21,315 bases of DNA, taken from NCBI GenBank assembly GCA_050287845.1, contig JBNKCR010000072.1, positions 1-21,315 of the forward strand. The letters are read 5' to 3'. Below the pieces are notes generated by a model, which saw only the letters and a program-made list of their open reading frames with translations, made no database searches and was not told the DNA's origin. The position numbers and the translations under genes were made by a program. Source of the stretch: Polyangia bacterium. Its GTDB lineage: Bacteria; Myxococcota_A; Polyangia; JAAYKL01. Below, in pieces: positions 1 through 8,071 of the stretch. How positions within the stretch are numbered: position 1 is the stretch's first letter; each line of letters opens with the position of its first letter.

Positions 1-120
1 AATTGCCAACATGGCATTTGCTGCGCCGGACCGGCAAGGCGCGAGGAGCGGAACATACCGGGGTATGCGACCGACGAGCAACGAAGTCGGGCGGGATGCA
101 GCGGAGGCAAGGTGGCAATT
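1..120. repeat. Imperfect 120-bp palindromic element (REP/MITE-like); may extend left of the window
   Basis: AATTGCCA (1-8) is the reverse complement of TGGCAATT (113-120). GCTGC (20-24) pairs with GCAGC (98-102). The central hairpin CATACC-GG-GGTATG (54-67) sits on the same symmetry axis as the terminal repeats. Confidence 0.65.
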
Positions 121-420
121 TTATAATGATCACTGTCCTTAATCCATAAAAATCTCCGCCCAGCTGGCACACCCTTGCGCGTTTCAATTCATCATTTTTT
201 GCAACGTCAGCGTAAAGTGTTGAACGACTTCCCGGGCAGGGGAGACTCTGGACTGTGTAGGTGGGTACCGAGCAGAGAACAACTGCTCACATTCTTCAAT
301 GTATGCATAAAAATGTATCGACTGGGGATAAACTACAGTCCTTACATTAAAAATGATATCATGTGAAAACACATCTATACGTCTGCGGTGAACTGATTTA
401 TGAGGAAGTGACCACGGAGC

Positions 421-2586
421 CTATTCTACAGAGGTGATAATCGTATCTGTGTCTGTATCCGTATCGGCGTCAGTATCTTTATCTGTATCCGAACCAGTGT
501 CAGAGTCCACCAAATCGGTATCTGTATCTGTATCGGCGCCAGTATCATTATCTGTGCCCGAATCGGTATCCGCATCCGAACCAGTGTCAGAGTCCAAATC
601 GGTATCGGTATCCGTATCATCAGTGCGGCATCCCATGGTGACGCGGAGTTGCCCCACCTCATCGTTCTCAAGCATGGTGCATTCGTCAACGCAGAACTGG
701 ACGATGGACCTGGCCTCGTTGCCCCACATCCAGTCGGCATCGCCAATACACTCTTCGCCCCGGACTAATTTCTGGCCATCGAAATGGATGGTGGTTGAGT
801 TGCGATCCGCCTCTTCGGAGATGGTGCCGAGCTGATAACGGCAGGCTATCCTTACTGTCTGCCCAATGGAGTCGAGTGCCTGATTCAGATCTGCCTCATT
901 CTGTGCGTCAAAGTAAGTGGTGTACTGAGTGCCGCCGGCCGCAGCGATTGCGTTCAGCTGACTCGGATCCACTCCGTTGCCGAACCCGACAGCAAAAGTT
1001 CGAATACCTGCGGCGAGCAGCCTGGCAGTGACGTTTGCCAGTGCTTCTGCAGTGGATCCGCCTCCGTATTGATCCTCACCCCCGCAGGTGTCCTTGCCGT
1101 CGGACACTACCACGAGGTACGGTTCGGCGCCATCTGCTGCGAAGACAGGGGCATAAAGCGGGTTGAGGAAATTGGCCATCGCGAAAAGCAGTGGCGTCGT
1201 CCGGTTGAGGCCTGTGGTGGCCACCACGTTGGCGACGTTGGTTCCATTATTCGGCGCCGCGTCCAGGCCCACGATGCTACCTACACCGCAATCTTCGTCG
1301 ATGGGGAAAAAATCCAACCCAAACTGTACAGTGTCCCCGTACTGTGCCACCATGGCGGTCAGCGCCCCCTGATCGATCTCCCACTTGGTCGCGCCATCAA
1401 CATGATCATTCATGGAAGAGGATATATCCTGAAGGAGCATCACCCTGGCCGTGGATTCAGAGAGACCCTGGTCTTCCTCGTAGCAGTAAGTATCCGTGCT
1501 GCAGTCCATGACGACACGAAGATGATCCACCCCATTGCTCTCGAGCATGGCGCACTCGTCCGGGCAGAACTCGACGATAGTCCTGGCGGCGTTGCCCCAC
1601 ATCCAGCCAGCGTTGCCGGTGCACTGTTCGCCCTTGAGTATCTTCTTGCCGTCAAAAGAGATTTGGGTGGAGGCGCGCTCCGCCTTTCCGGTGATGGTGC
1701 CAAGCTCGTAGCGGCAACTTATGTTTACGGTCTGCCCGATAGAGGCGAGTGCGCCATTCAGTTGCTGCTCATTCTGGGCATCGAAGTAGGTAGTGAATTG
1801 GGTGCCGCCTGCCGCGGCAATCGCGTTCAGCTGTTTCGGATCCACCTGGTCACCGAACCCGATGACAAAAGTTCGAATACCTGCGGCAAGTAGCCTGGAG
1901 GTGACGTTCGCCAGCGCATCCGCTGTGCTTCCTCCCCCGAATTGACTTTCGCCTCCGCAGGTGTCCTCACCGTCCGACACCACCACCAGGTAGGGATCGG
2001 CGCCATCTGCGGTAAAAGCCCGGGCATAGGCCGGGTTGAGGAAATTGGCCATTGCATGAAGCAGTGGCGTTGTTCGGTTGAGGTCGGTGTTGGCCAGCAC
2101 CTGGGCGAGGTTGCCGCCATTGTCTGGCGCCGCATCCTGGGCCACGGTCGTACCCACACCGCAGTCTGTGTCGATGGGAAAAAAGTCCAATCCGAACTCC
2201 ACGGTGTCGCCGTACTGCGCCATCATGGTGGTCAGTGCTGATTGAGCGATCTCCCACTTGGTCGCGCCATCAACATGTTCATTCATGGAAGAGGATATGT
2301 CCTGAAGGAGCATGATTCGGGCGGGCAGCTTTTTGAGAAAATTTTCCTCTTCGAAGCAGACATTATCGGAGGTTGTAATGGTATCGTAGTCCCCGTCGCC
2401 GTCTCCGTCGCCGTCCGCATCGGTATCGCCATCCACATCGGTGTCGGAGTCCCCGTCCGCGTCGCCCCCGATGTTGGGGGTATGGGCGTCATCTCCTCCA
2501 TCTGTGCCTGAGCTGTCGTCGCTGCAGGCACCCGCAAAGCTTATAATACCGACAAGCACAATGAATAGTCTCGCGTTGATTCTCAT
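421..2586 (-). CDS. Lipoprotein with two tandem von Willebrand factor A domains (CglB-like architecture) and acidic N- and C-terminal linkers
   Basis: GGAGG RBS at 2594-2598. The signal peptide ends in lipobox AGA-C. Each of two modules has MIDAS DISSS, RTTPL and VVVSDG, plus FVIGFG/FAVGFG, LNAIAAAGGT and a Cys-containing C-terminal subdomain. GD/DT-rich linkers flank them. Confidence 0.9.
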   Translation of the reverse strand: MRINARLFIVLVGIISFAGACSDDSSGTDGGDDAHTPNIGGDADGDSDTDVDGDTDADGDGDGDGDYDTITTSDNVCFEEENFLKKLPARIMLLQDISSSMNEHVDGATKWEIAQSALTTMMAQYGDTVEFGLDFFPIDTDCGVGTTVAQDAAPDNGGNLAQVLANTDLNRTTPLLHAMANFLNPAYARAFTADGADPYLVVVSDGEDTCGGESQFGGGSTADALANVTSRLLAAGIRTFVIGFGDQVDPKQLNAIAAAGGTQFTTYFDAQNEQQLNGALASIGQTVNISCRYELGTITGKAERASTQISFDGKKILKGEQCTGNAGWMWGNAARTIVEFCPDECAMLESNGVDHLRVVMDCSTDTYCYEEDQGLSESTARVMLLQDISSSMNDHVDGATKWEIDQGALTAMVAQYGDTVQFGLDFFPIDEDCGVGSIVGLDAAPNNGTNVANVVATTGLNRTTPLLFAMANFLNPLYAPVFAADGAEPYLVVVSDGKDTCGGEDQYGGGSTAEALANVTARLLAAGIRTFAVGFGNGVDPSQLNAIAAAGGTQYTTYFDAQNEADLNQALDSIGQTVRIACRYQLGTISEEADRNSTTIHFDGQKLVRGEECIGDADWMWGNEARSIVQFCVDECTMLENDEVGQLRVTMGCRTDDTDTDTDLDSDTGSDADTDSGTDNDTGADTDTDTDLVDSDTGSDTDKDTDADTDTDTDTIITSVE
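627..2360 (-). repeat. Intragenic tandem duplication, period 873 nt (291 aa); outer boundaries approximate
   Basis: ATTCATGGAAGAGGATAT occurs at 1408 and 2281. The protein halves align (LLQDISSSMN.HVDGATKWEI ... WMWGN.AR.IV.FC.DEC.MLE). Confidence 0.95.
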
Positions 2587-2711
2587 GGTTTTCCCTCCTG
2601 ATAAAGTGGGTTTCTCGTAATCAACCTAAATTCGGTTCATTTTAGGTGGTTTCGAGGGATCCTTCCGCTCAATAAAACCGACACTTCGTTTCGGTTTTCG
2701 TCTTCAATAAC

Positions 2712-2744
2712 GGCTGGTGACAAAGGGGGGGGATTTCGGGCGGG
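2712..2744 (-). promoter_or_regulatory. Putative ECF-sigma promoter, copy 1 (CCCGCCCGA-N11-TTTGTCACCAGCC), upstream of the VWA lipoprotein
   Basis: Both blocks (9 and 13 nt) and the 11-nt spacer length are identical to 17833-17865. The motif points towards the ATG at 2586. Confidence 0.65.
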
Positions 2745-2762
2745 GAAAAATGCAACAGGTTT

Positions 2763-3140
2763 ACCGACACGGACACGGACACAGATACCGACATCGGTAT
2801 ATCGTTTCCCCCCACTTGTCTTGCACCCACTTCTGATACGACGATCTCTTTTTCCGATGCTACCATTGCATTGGGGGGAGGCCCGGACCAACTCAACCTC
2901 ACCGGCGCCAATTTTACCATTGCAGATGTAAATGGTGACCATTGGCCGATGTGGTGGCGACCCAGGAGAAAAGTTTGCGCGAAGAGGCTGCAAATCCAAA
3001 TGGCTACTATCGCTTGCTCATTAATCAAGGCGGTGACGGATTTACGGATGCGACCTGGGAAAGTGGACTTTTTAATACCCGAAAAGGGGTCATGGGCCGA
3101 GCTGCGACGTTTGTATTGTTTAGCGATGTTGATAACGATC
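2763..3140 (+). pseudogene. Truncated, frameshifted remnant of an FG-GAP/CRTAC1(ASPIC-UnbV)-like lipoprotein gene
   Basis: One frame reads TDTDTDTDTDIG...FSDATIALG...FTIADVNGDHWP. After a 1-nt shift at 2946-2948 it continues DVVAT...YRLLINQGGDGFTDATWESGL...FVLFSDVDND. There is no start codon or signal peptide (in-frame TGA at 2718). Confidence 0.7.
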
Positions 3141-3329
3141 CAACTATGTCGCCTTGATTCGGCAGGGACAGCCTGTAGCGCATCAACCACTTTCCCAATA
3201 TGCAAATTTCTATATTCACCGGCGGAAACAATTACTTAATTTCTGATGCATTTTTCTAAAAAAAAACTGCTACTTTTACTTTTACCCGCCTGCATTCAAA
3301 TATAAACAAAAGGCTGGAATGTATACCGG

Positions 3330-6300
3330 ATGGAAGATAAAATCGAAATAGCGTTTGAAGTTCCTGTATTTTCGCGCAATCGACAAAGAATGACGGCCTC
3401 AAAACGAACGGAATTGCCAGTGACTCATGTGCATAAATTATTCATTGTGATCCTGGCCCTGATGTTGAGCGTTGCCTGCACCGATGATGGAGGTGACAAA
3501 GACGACAACGGCGTGATGGATACAGACACGAATACAGATACAGATAAAGATAAAGATAAAGACACGGGTACAGATACGGGTACAGATACAGATACAGACA
3601 CGGATACAGATACGGACACGGACACGGATACAGATACGGACACGGACACGGATACAGACACGGATACAGATACAGATAGGGATATAGATACAGACGCGGA
3701 TACAGATACAGGCACAGATACAGATGAATTCACACACCCCTGCATCCCGACCACCCTTGAGGAGCTGGACACCATCAGGGCCAACCTCGACAAGGAACCC
3801 TGGAAGTCAGGTTACGCCTCGCTGGCGGCCGATGGTAGATCGCAGCTCGGGTATGTTATGGGCGGCCCGTTCCGGGTGGTGAAACGCAATCCCAACGAAA
3901 ACCTCTGGCCGTGGCGGGGAGACATGATCGCTTTTTATAACCTCGCCCGGATGTGGTATTTTACCGGCGACGAGGCTTACGCCAAAAAAGCGCGCGAGAT
4001 CATCATCGCGTGGGCGATCACTCAGGAGAGCTTCGGCGGCAACGAATCCGGCCTCGATCTGGGCGACTATGCAATCGCGTACGGCGGCGGCGCCAGCATC
4101 CTCCGCGGCACCTGGCCCGGCTGGACACAGGAAGACACGATCACGGTACAGAATTACTTCCGGAACGTCCTGTGGCCCGCCACCGCCGCCCCGTACAACA
4201 TCTCCGGCCCCGCCAACAAAGGCTCGCTCAACCTGGTCGCCGGCGTTGTGTTCGCCGTCTTCTGCGACGACACCGAGATGTTCAACCATGTCGTCGACGT
4301 CTTCCGCAATTATCCAGGCGCCGGCCTGCCGAATATCCTCGCCACGGGTCAGATGGGTGAGACGGGTCGCGACTGGGGCCACTCGTACAACGACCTCTAC
4401 GCCCGCACCCTCACCGCCGAAATCCTCTGGAAACAAGGTGTCGACGTCTACTCTGAATTGGACAATCGGCTGCTCGCCGCCGGCGAATACCACGCTCGCA
4501 ACACCTCAGGATCTGACACGCCCTTCGTCCCTTTCGGCACCGTCGATTATACTTACTATGAAAATCGTGGCGGGCTGAACAGCCAGGACCGGGGCGTCTA
4601 TTACCTCCTCCAAAACGCTTACAAAAACCGCCTCGGTCTGCCAACCCCATGGATCGACCGGAAGATTAAGGAGCAAGGTATACACGGCGGCAACTTCATA
4701 TTCGCCAGGACGGCCGACTTCTCCACTGCCACGCCACTGCCGGCCGATCCCCGTCCGGCGGTTTCCCTGGCTTCGGACGGCCTGACCCTGACCACCCTTG
4801 GCGACCAAACAGAGGGACGCAGCGCCTCCTATTCGAACGGGGTGTGGACGGTCACCGGCCTCGGGGGCGGAATATGGACCGATGGCGTTGACGACAGCCA
4901 GTTTGTCTACAAGGAGATGACCGGCGACTGCGCCATGGTTGCCCAGGTCACTTCTATGACGTACTCGGGCTCACAAAACGGCAAAATGGGGTTGATGATT
5001 CGCGACAATCTGGTCGGCGATGTATCGCAGCGCTCCTGGATCGGAATCGTGCCCACCGAGTCCGATGGGAATCTGATTGAGGCCCGCTCTGACGGCTGGA
5101 CCGTGACCTGGGGCGGAAGCAACTGGGCGAAACGCTCTCAGGCCCTGCCGCTCCCGCTACCCTACTGGCTCAAGATCGAGCGCAAGGACAACGTCATCAC
5201 CAGTTACACTTCTCAGGACGGCACCAGTTGGTCACCCATCGTCAGCTCGGACTTCGGCAATCTACCGTCCAGCGTCTATGTCGGCATCCATGTCTCCAGC
5301 GGAAACGAGACGCCCAACACCGCCACCTTCGAGCACCTGTCCTACACCGGTGGCACCGGCGGCCTCGTGACCACCCCGGCTGCGCCCGCCACCATGCTCG
5401 CCTCGGGCTCGAACAAGGCCGTCACCCTGCGCTGGCTGCCCTCCTTCGGCGCCACCGCCTACGACATCCTCCGCTCCACCACCTCCGGCAGCGGCTACAC
5501 CGCCATCGCCAGCGATTTGCCCGCCGACAGGACCAGCTACGTCGACACGGATGTAAACCCCGACACGACCTACTACTACGTTGCCCGTGCCAGAAACTCC
5601 GCCGGCACCAGCGAAAATTCGCCCGAGTTTTACGCCGCGCCACTTTCCGTGCCGCTGATGAAGCTCTCTCTCGTCGACGGTACCATTGACAACAATGCCG
5701 GTGATCCGGCCAGTGCCGCGAGCGCCTTCGATGACGACTTCGGCTCGTTCTGGTTCAACGGAGAGCCGACCGGCTGGTTGCAGTATGACTTCGGCGAGAA
5801 CTCCGCACAGGTCATCAAGCGTTACACGCTCGTTAGCGCCTCCCTCGACCGTCCCGGGCGCGATCCGAAGGACTGGCAGTTCCAAGGCTCGAGCGACGGC
5901 AGCGACTGGACCACGCTCGACACGCAGACCGATCAAGCCTTCGAGTTCCGCGCCTACCGAAACACCTACGACATCGACAATACCACCGCCTACCGCTACT
6001 ACCGGCTCAACATCACCGCCAACAATGGCGACGCCGAATTCCTTCACCTCAGCGAACTCGGCTTGTGGGGCGACAGCGGACGCGTGGTCCCCGACGGCCT
6101 TTACCGTATCGCCAGCCGCAACAGCAACAAGGTCATGGAGGCGACGGGGAGCGCCGACGGCACACCGGTCGTGCAGCAGACCTTCGACGGAAGCGACAAC
6201 CAGCTGTGGGATATCCAGTGGCAGGGCGATGGTCTCTACCGCGCCATCCACGTGGCCAGCGACCTGGCGATCGACAATGGGGGCACATCCGATCCGGACG

Positions 6301-7694
6301 AAAGCCTGATCATCCAGTCCTCCGACGGAGGCGACAGCCAGCTCTGGACCTTTGAACTCAACGCTGACGGCTATTTCAGCATCTCATCCGAAATCAGCGG
6401 CCTGGTTTGGGAGGTCAGCGACGGCGCCACGACCAATGGCGCAGACATCATTCAATCCACCTACAACAGCAGCGACAGCCAACAATGGTTGCTGGGCTTC
6501 TCCGTCGAGTCGCAACCGCCCCCGACAGCCCCGACAGCCGTGATGGCCACCCCGGTTTCCATCTACCAAATCGACTTATCGTGGACGGCCAGTAGCGGCG
6601 CCGTCAGTTACAACATCAAACGGGCGACCACCGGCGGCGGACCTTACACGACCGTTGCCGTGGGCGTGAATACGACGAATTACGCGGACACTGGCCTGCT
6701 CTCCAGCACGACTTATTACTACGTTATATCGGCAGTAAATGGCAGCGGTGCGGGGTCCGATTCCATGCAGGCAGAAGCCACGACATTGACAGGCGCGCCG
6801 GCTGCCCCGACTGGTCTGACGATGATACTGGGTACGGATGCGGTCGTATTGAGTTGGGAGGCCACCGGCGGAGTGACCCGCTACAGCATCAAGCGGGCGA
6901 CCACCAGCGGCGGTCCCTACACGACGGTCGCCACCGACCTGACGGGCACGACCTACACCGACACGAGCATCAGCCAGGGCGAGACCTACTACTACGTTGT
7001 CGTCGCGAACAATGCCGACGGCACCGGACCCGACTCCACCGAGCTCACCCTCGGCGCGGGTACCCTGGGCGTTCACTTGAGATTCGATGAGACCGACGGT
7101 GACATCGCTGTCGATTCCAGTGGCTACGACCACGACGCCACGCTGGTCAACGGCCCAGACTTTGGTGCCGGCATTCTCGACGGCGGTCTCAACCTTTCAG
7201 GGGCCTCCTTCCAGTATGCCACGCTTGCCGATGGCATCGCCAGCGGTCTTACCGATTTCACCATCTCTACCTGGATCAGGGTCGACTCCTTCTCCACCTG
7301 GCAGCGTATCTTCGACTTCGGCACCGGGACGGACAACTACATGTACCTGACCGCGCAAGGTGCTGCGGGTGATGGCCTGCCCCGCTTCGTCATCCTCGTC
7401 TCAAGCGTCGAGCAGTTCGTCGACAGCGCCATCGCCCTCACGACCGACGTCTGGACCCATGTCGCTGTCACCCGTTCCGGCGACACCGTCTCAATCTACA
7501 TCGACGGAACACTGGCCGGCTCGGACACTATTACGATCACCCCCGCCGACCTCGGTTTCACCACGCGGAACTATCTCGGCAAGTCCCAGTTCTCTGACCC
7601 CTATCTCGACGGTGCGCTCGATGACTTTCGCATCTACGTCCAGTCATTGAGTCCCGCCGAGATCACCGCCCTGGCCAATCCCGCCGGAGAGTAG
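3330..7694 (+). CDS. Modular secreted lipoprotein: DT stalk, alginate-lyase-family alpha/alpha domain, ConA-like beta-sandwich, FN3, F5/8 type C (discoidin), ricin-B lectin, two FN3, LamG-like. True start probably ATG 3390 or GTG 3420/3429.
   Basis: Lipobox LSVA-C. FTHPC...EPWK...WYFTGDEAYAKKA...AW...GQMGETGRDWGH (about 3729-4650). GLMIRD...PYWLKIERKDNVITSYTSQDGTSW...VYVGI (about 4780-5350). FN3 signatures LxW...AxxYxIxRxTTSGxxY...YYYV. RDPKDWQFQGSSDGSDWTTLD...AYRYYRLNIT. Ricin QLW/QLW/QQW. FTISTWI...WQRIFDFG...WTHVAVT...GALDDFRIY. Confidence 0.9.
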   Translation: MEDKIEIAFEVPVFSRNRQRMTASKRTELPVTHVHKLFIVILALMLSVACTDDGGDKDDNGVMDTDTNTDTDKDKDKDTGTDTGTDTDTDTDTDTDTDTDTDTDTDTDTDTDTDTDRDIDTDADTDTGTDTDEFTHPCIPTTLEELDTIRANLDKEPWKSGYASLAADGRSQLGYVMGGPFRVVKRNPNENLWPWRGDMIAFYNLARMWYFTGDEAYAKKAREIIIAWAITQESFGGNESGLDLGDYAIAYGGGASILRGTWPGWTQEDTITVQNYFRNVLWPATAAPYNISGPANKGSLNLVAGVVFAVFCDDTEMFNHVVDVFRNYPGAGLPNILATGQMGETGRDWGHSYNDLYARTLTAEILWKQGVDVYSELDNRLLAAGEYHARNTSGSDTPFVPFGTVDYTYYENRGGLNSQDRGVYYLLQNAYKNRLGLPTPWIDRKIKEQGIHGGNFIFARTADFSTATPLPADPRPAVSLASDGLTLTTLGDQTEGRSASYSNGVWTVTGLGGGIWTDGVDDSQFVYKEMTGDCAMVAQVTSMTYSGSQNGKMGLMIRDNLVGDVSQRSWIGIVPTESDGNLIEARSDGWTVTWGGSNWAKRSQALPLPLPYWLKIERKDNVITSYTSQDGTSWSPIVSSDFGNLPSSVYVGIHVSSGNETPNTATFEHLSYTGGTGGLVTTPAAPATMLASGSNKAVTLRWLPSFGATAYDILRSTTSGSGYTAIASDLPADRTSYVDTDVNPDTTYYYVARARNSAGTSENSPEFYAAPLSVPLMKLSLVDGTIDNNAGDPASAASAFDDDFGSFWFNGEPTGWLQYDFGENSAQVIKRYTLVSASLDRPGRDPKDWQFQGSSDGSDWTTLDTQTDQAFEFRAYRNTYDIDNTTAYRYYRLNITANNGDAEFLHLSELGLWGDSGRVVPDGLYRIASRNSNKVMEATGSADGTPVVQQTFDGSDNQLWDIQWQGDGLYRAIHVASDLAIDNGGTSDPDESLIIQSSDGGDSQLWTFELNADGYFSISSEISGLVWEVSDGATTNGADIIQSTYNSSDSQQWLLGFSVESQPPPTAPTAVMATPVSIYQIDLSWTASSGAVSYNIKRATTGGGPYTTVAVGVNTTNYADTGLLSSTTYYYVISAVNGSGAGSDSMQAEATTLTGAPAAPTGLTMILGTDAVVLSWEATGGVTRYSIKRATTSGGPYTTVATDLTGTTYTDTSISQGETYYYVVVANNADGTGPDSTELTLGAGTLGVHLRFDETDGDIAVDSSGYDHDATLVNGPDFGAGILDGGLNLSGASFQYATLADGIASGLTDFTISTWIRVDSFSTWQRIFDFGTGTDNYMYLTAQGAAGDGLPRFVILVSSVEQFVDSAIALTTDVWTHVAVTRSGDTVSIYIDGTLAGSDTITITPADLGFTTRNYLGKSQFSDPYLDGALDDFRIYVQSLSPAEITALANPAGE
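3519..3725 (+). repeat. Hexanucleotide GAY-ACR repeat encoding the Asp-Thr stalk
   Basis: Run of gatacagacacg/gatacggacacg units in frame with the CDS. Confidence 0.95.
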
Positions 7695-7793
7695 GCCATT
7701 CACAAAATCCCTTCCCTGGTTACTTTTTTTGCAACTATTCAGGCATAGCCCGCCATCATAGGTTCGTCCGTAAGGCACAAACTGTATAAATCA

Positions 7794-7867
7794 GGGCCGT
7801 TTTCCTGAGGAAGCCGCGAAGCAGCTGTCTCGAAGGGCGGCCTCTCAGCGCTGACTACTCGCGCTGA
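7794..7867. repeat. REP-like extragenic hairpin followed by a second short inverted repeat
   Basis: GGGCCGTTTTCCTGAGGAAGCCGCGAAGCAGCTGTCTCGAAGGGCGGCCT (7794-7843) folds as an imperfect stem. TCAGCGC (7845-7851) pairs with GCGCTGA (7861-7867). Confidence 0.5.
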
Positions 7868-8071
7868 ATAGTTCCATTTAATCTTTATGAACATCCGTCG
7901 ATAATTGAATTATAAATAAATACAGAACTATGGTTTCTGTTTGAACAATAAGAAATGAAAATCGATGATAATTGAATCCAGCAAAGGCTATAACAATCTC
8001 ATACCAGGTTCTCCTTTGTTTTCAAATGCTTTCAGTCTATGTGTTTTCCCTGAGGAAAGGATTAATCTATC

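Noticed and set aside
164..180. CTGGCAC-ACCC-TTGC resembling a sigma-54 promoter
   Set aside because: The GG-to-GC spacing is one base short of the strict -24/-12 requirement, and no credible + strand gene follows.
434..835. Ser-Val-repeat ORFs (also 3425-3793, 13079-13498 and 2669-3205)
   Set aside because: These are antisense shadows of Asp-Thr repeats.
627..2360. Duplicated segment considered as a diversity-generating retroelement TR/VR pair
   Set aside because: Both copies are coding, the differences are not adenine-specific, and no reverse transcriptase is in the window.
3285..3315. Half-sites of the candidate promoter (CCCGCCTGC here, CCCGCCCAC at 9905, and CCCGCCCGA at 87-95 on the minus strand)
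   Set aside because: None has a TTTGTCAC block at the required distance.
3519..3725. Regular repeats here and at 13145-13390 considered as CRISPR-like arrays
   Set aside because: They are in-frame coding repeats with no unique spacers, and no cas genes are present.
5262..6251. Long antisense ORFs within large genes (also 1069-1893, 3807-4493, 6576-7133)
   Set aside because: They are expected opposite GC3-rich coding sequence and have no recognisable motifs.
7770..7800. GGCACAAACTG...CAGGGCCG considered as a c-di-GMP-I riboswitch
   Set aside because: It lacks the GNRA-capped stem and the following GCAAA segment.
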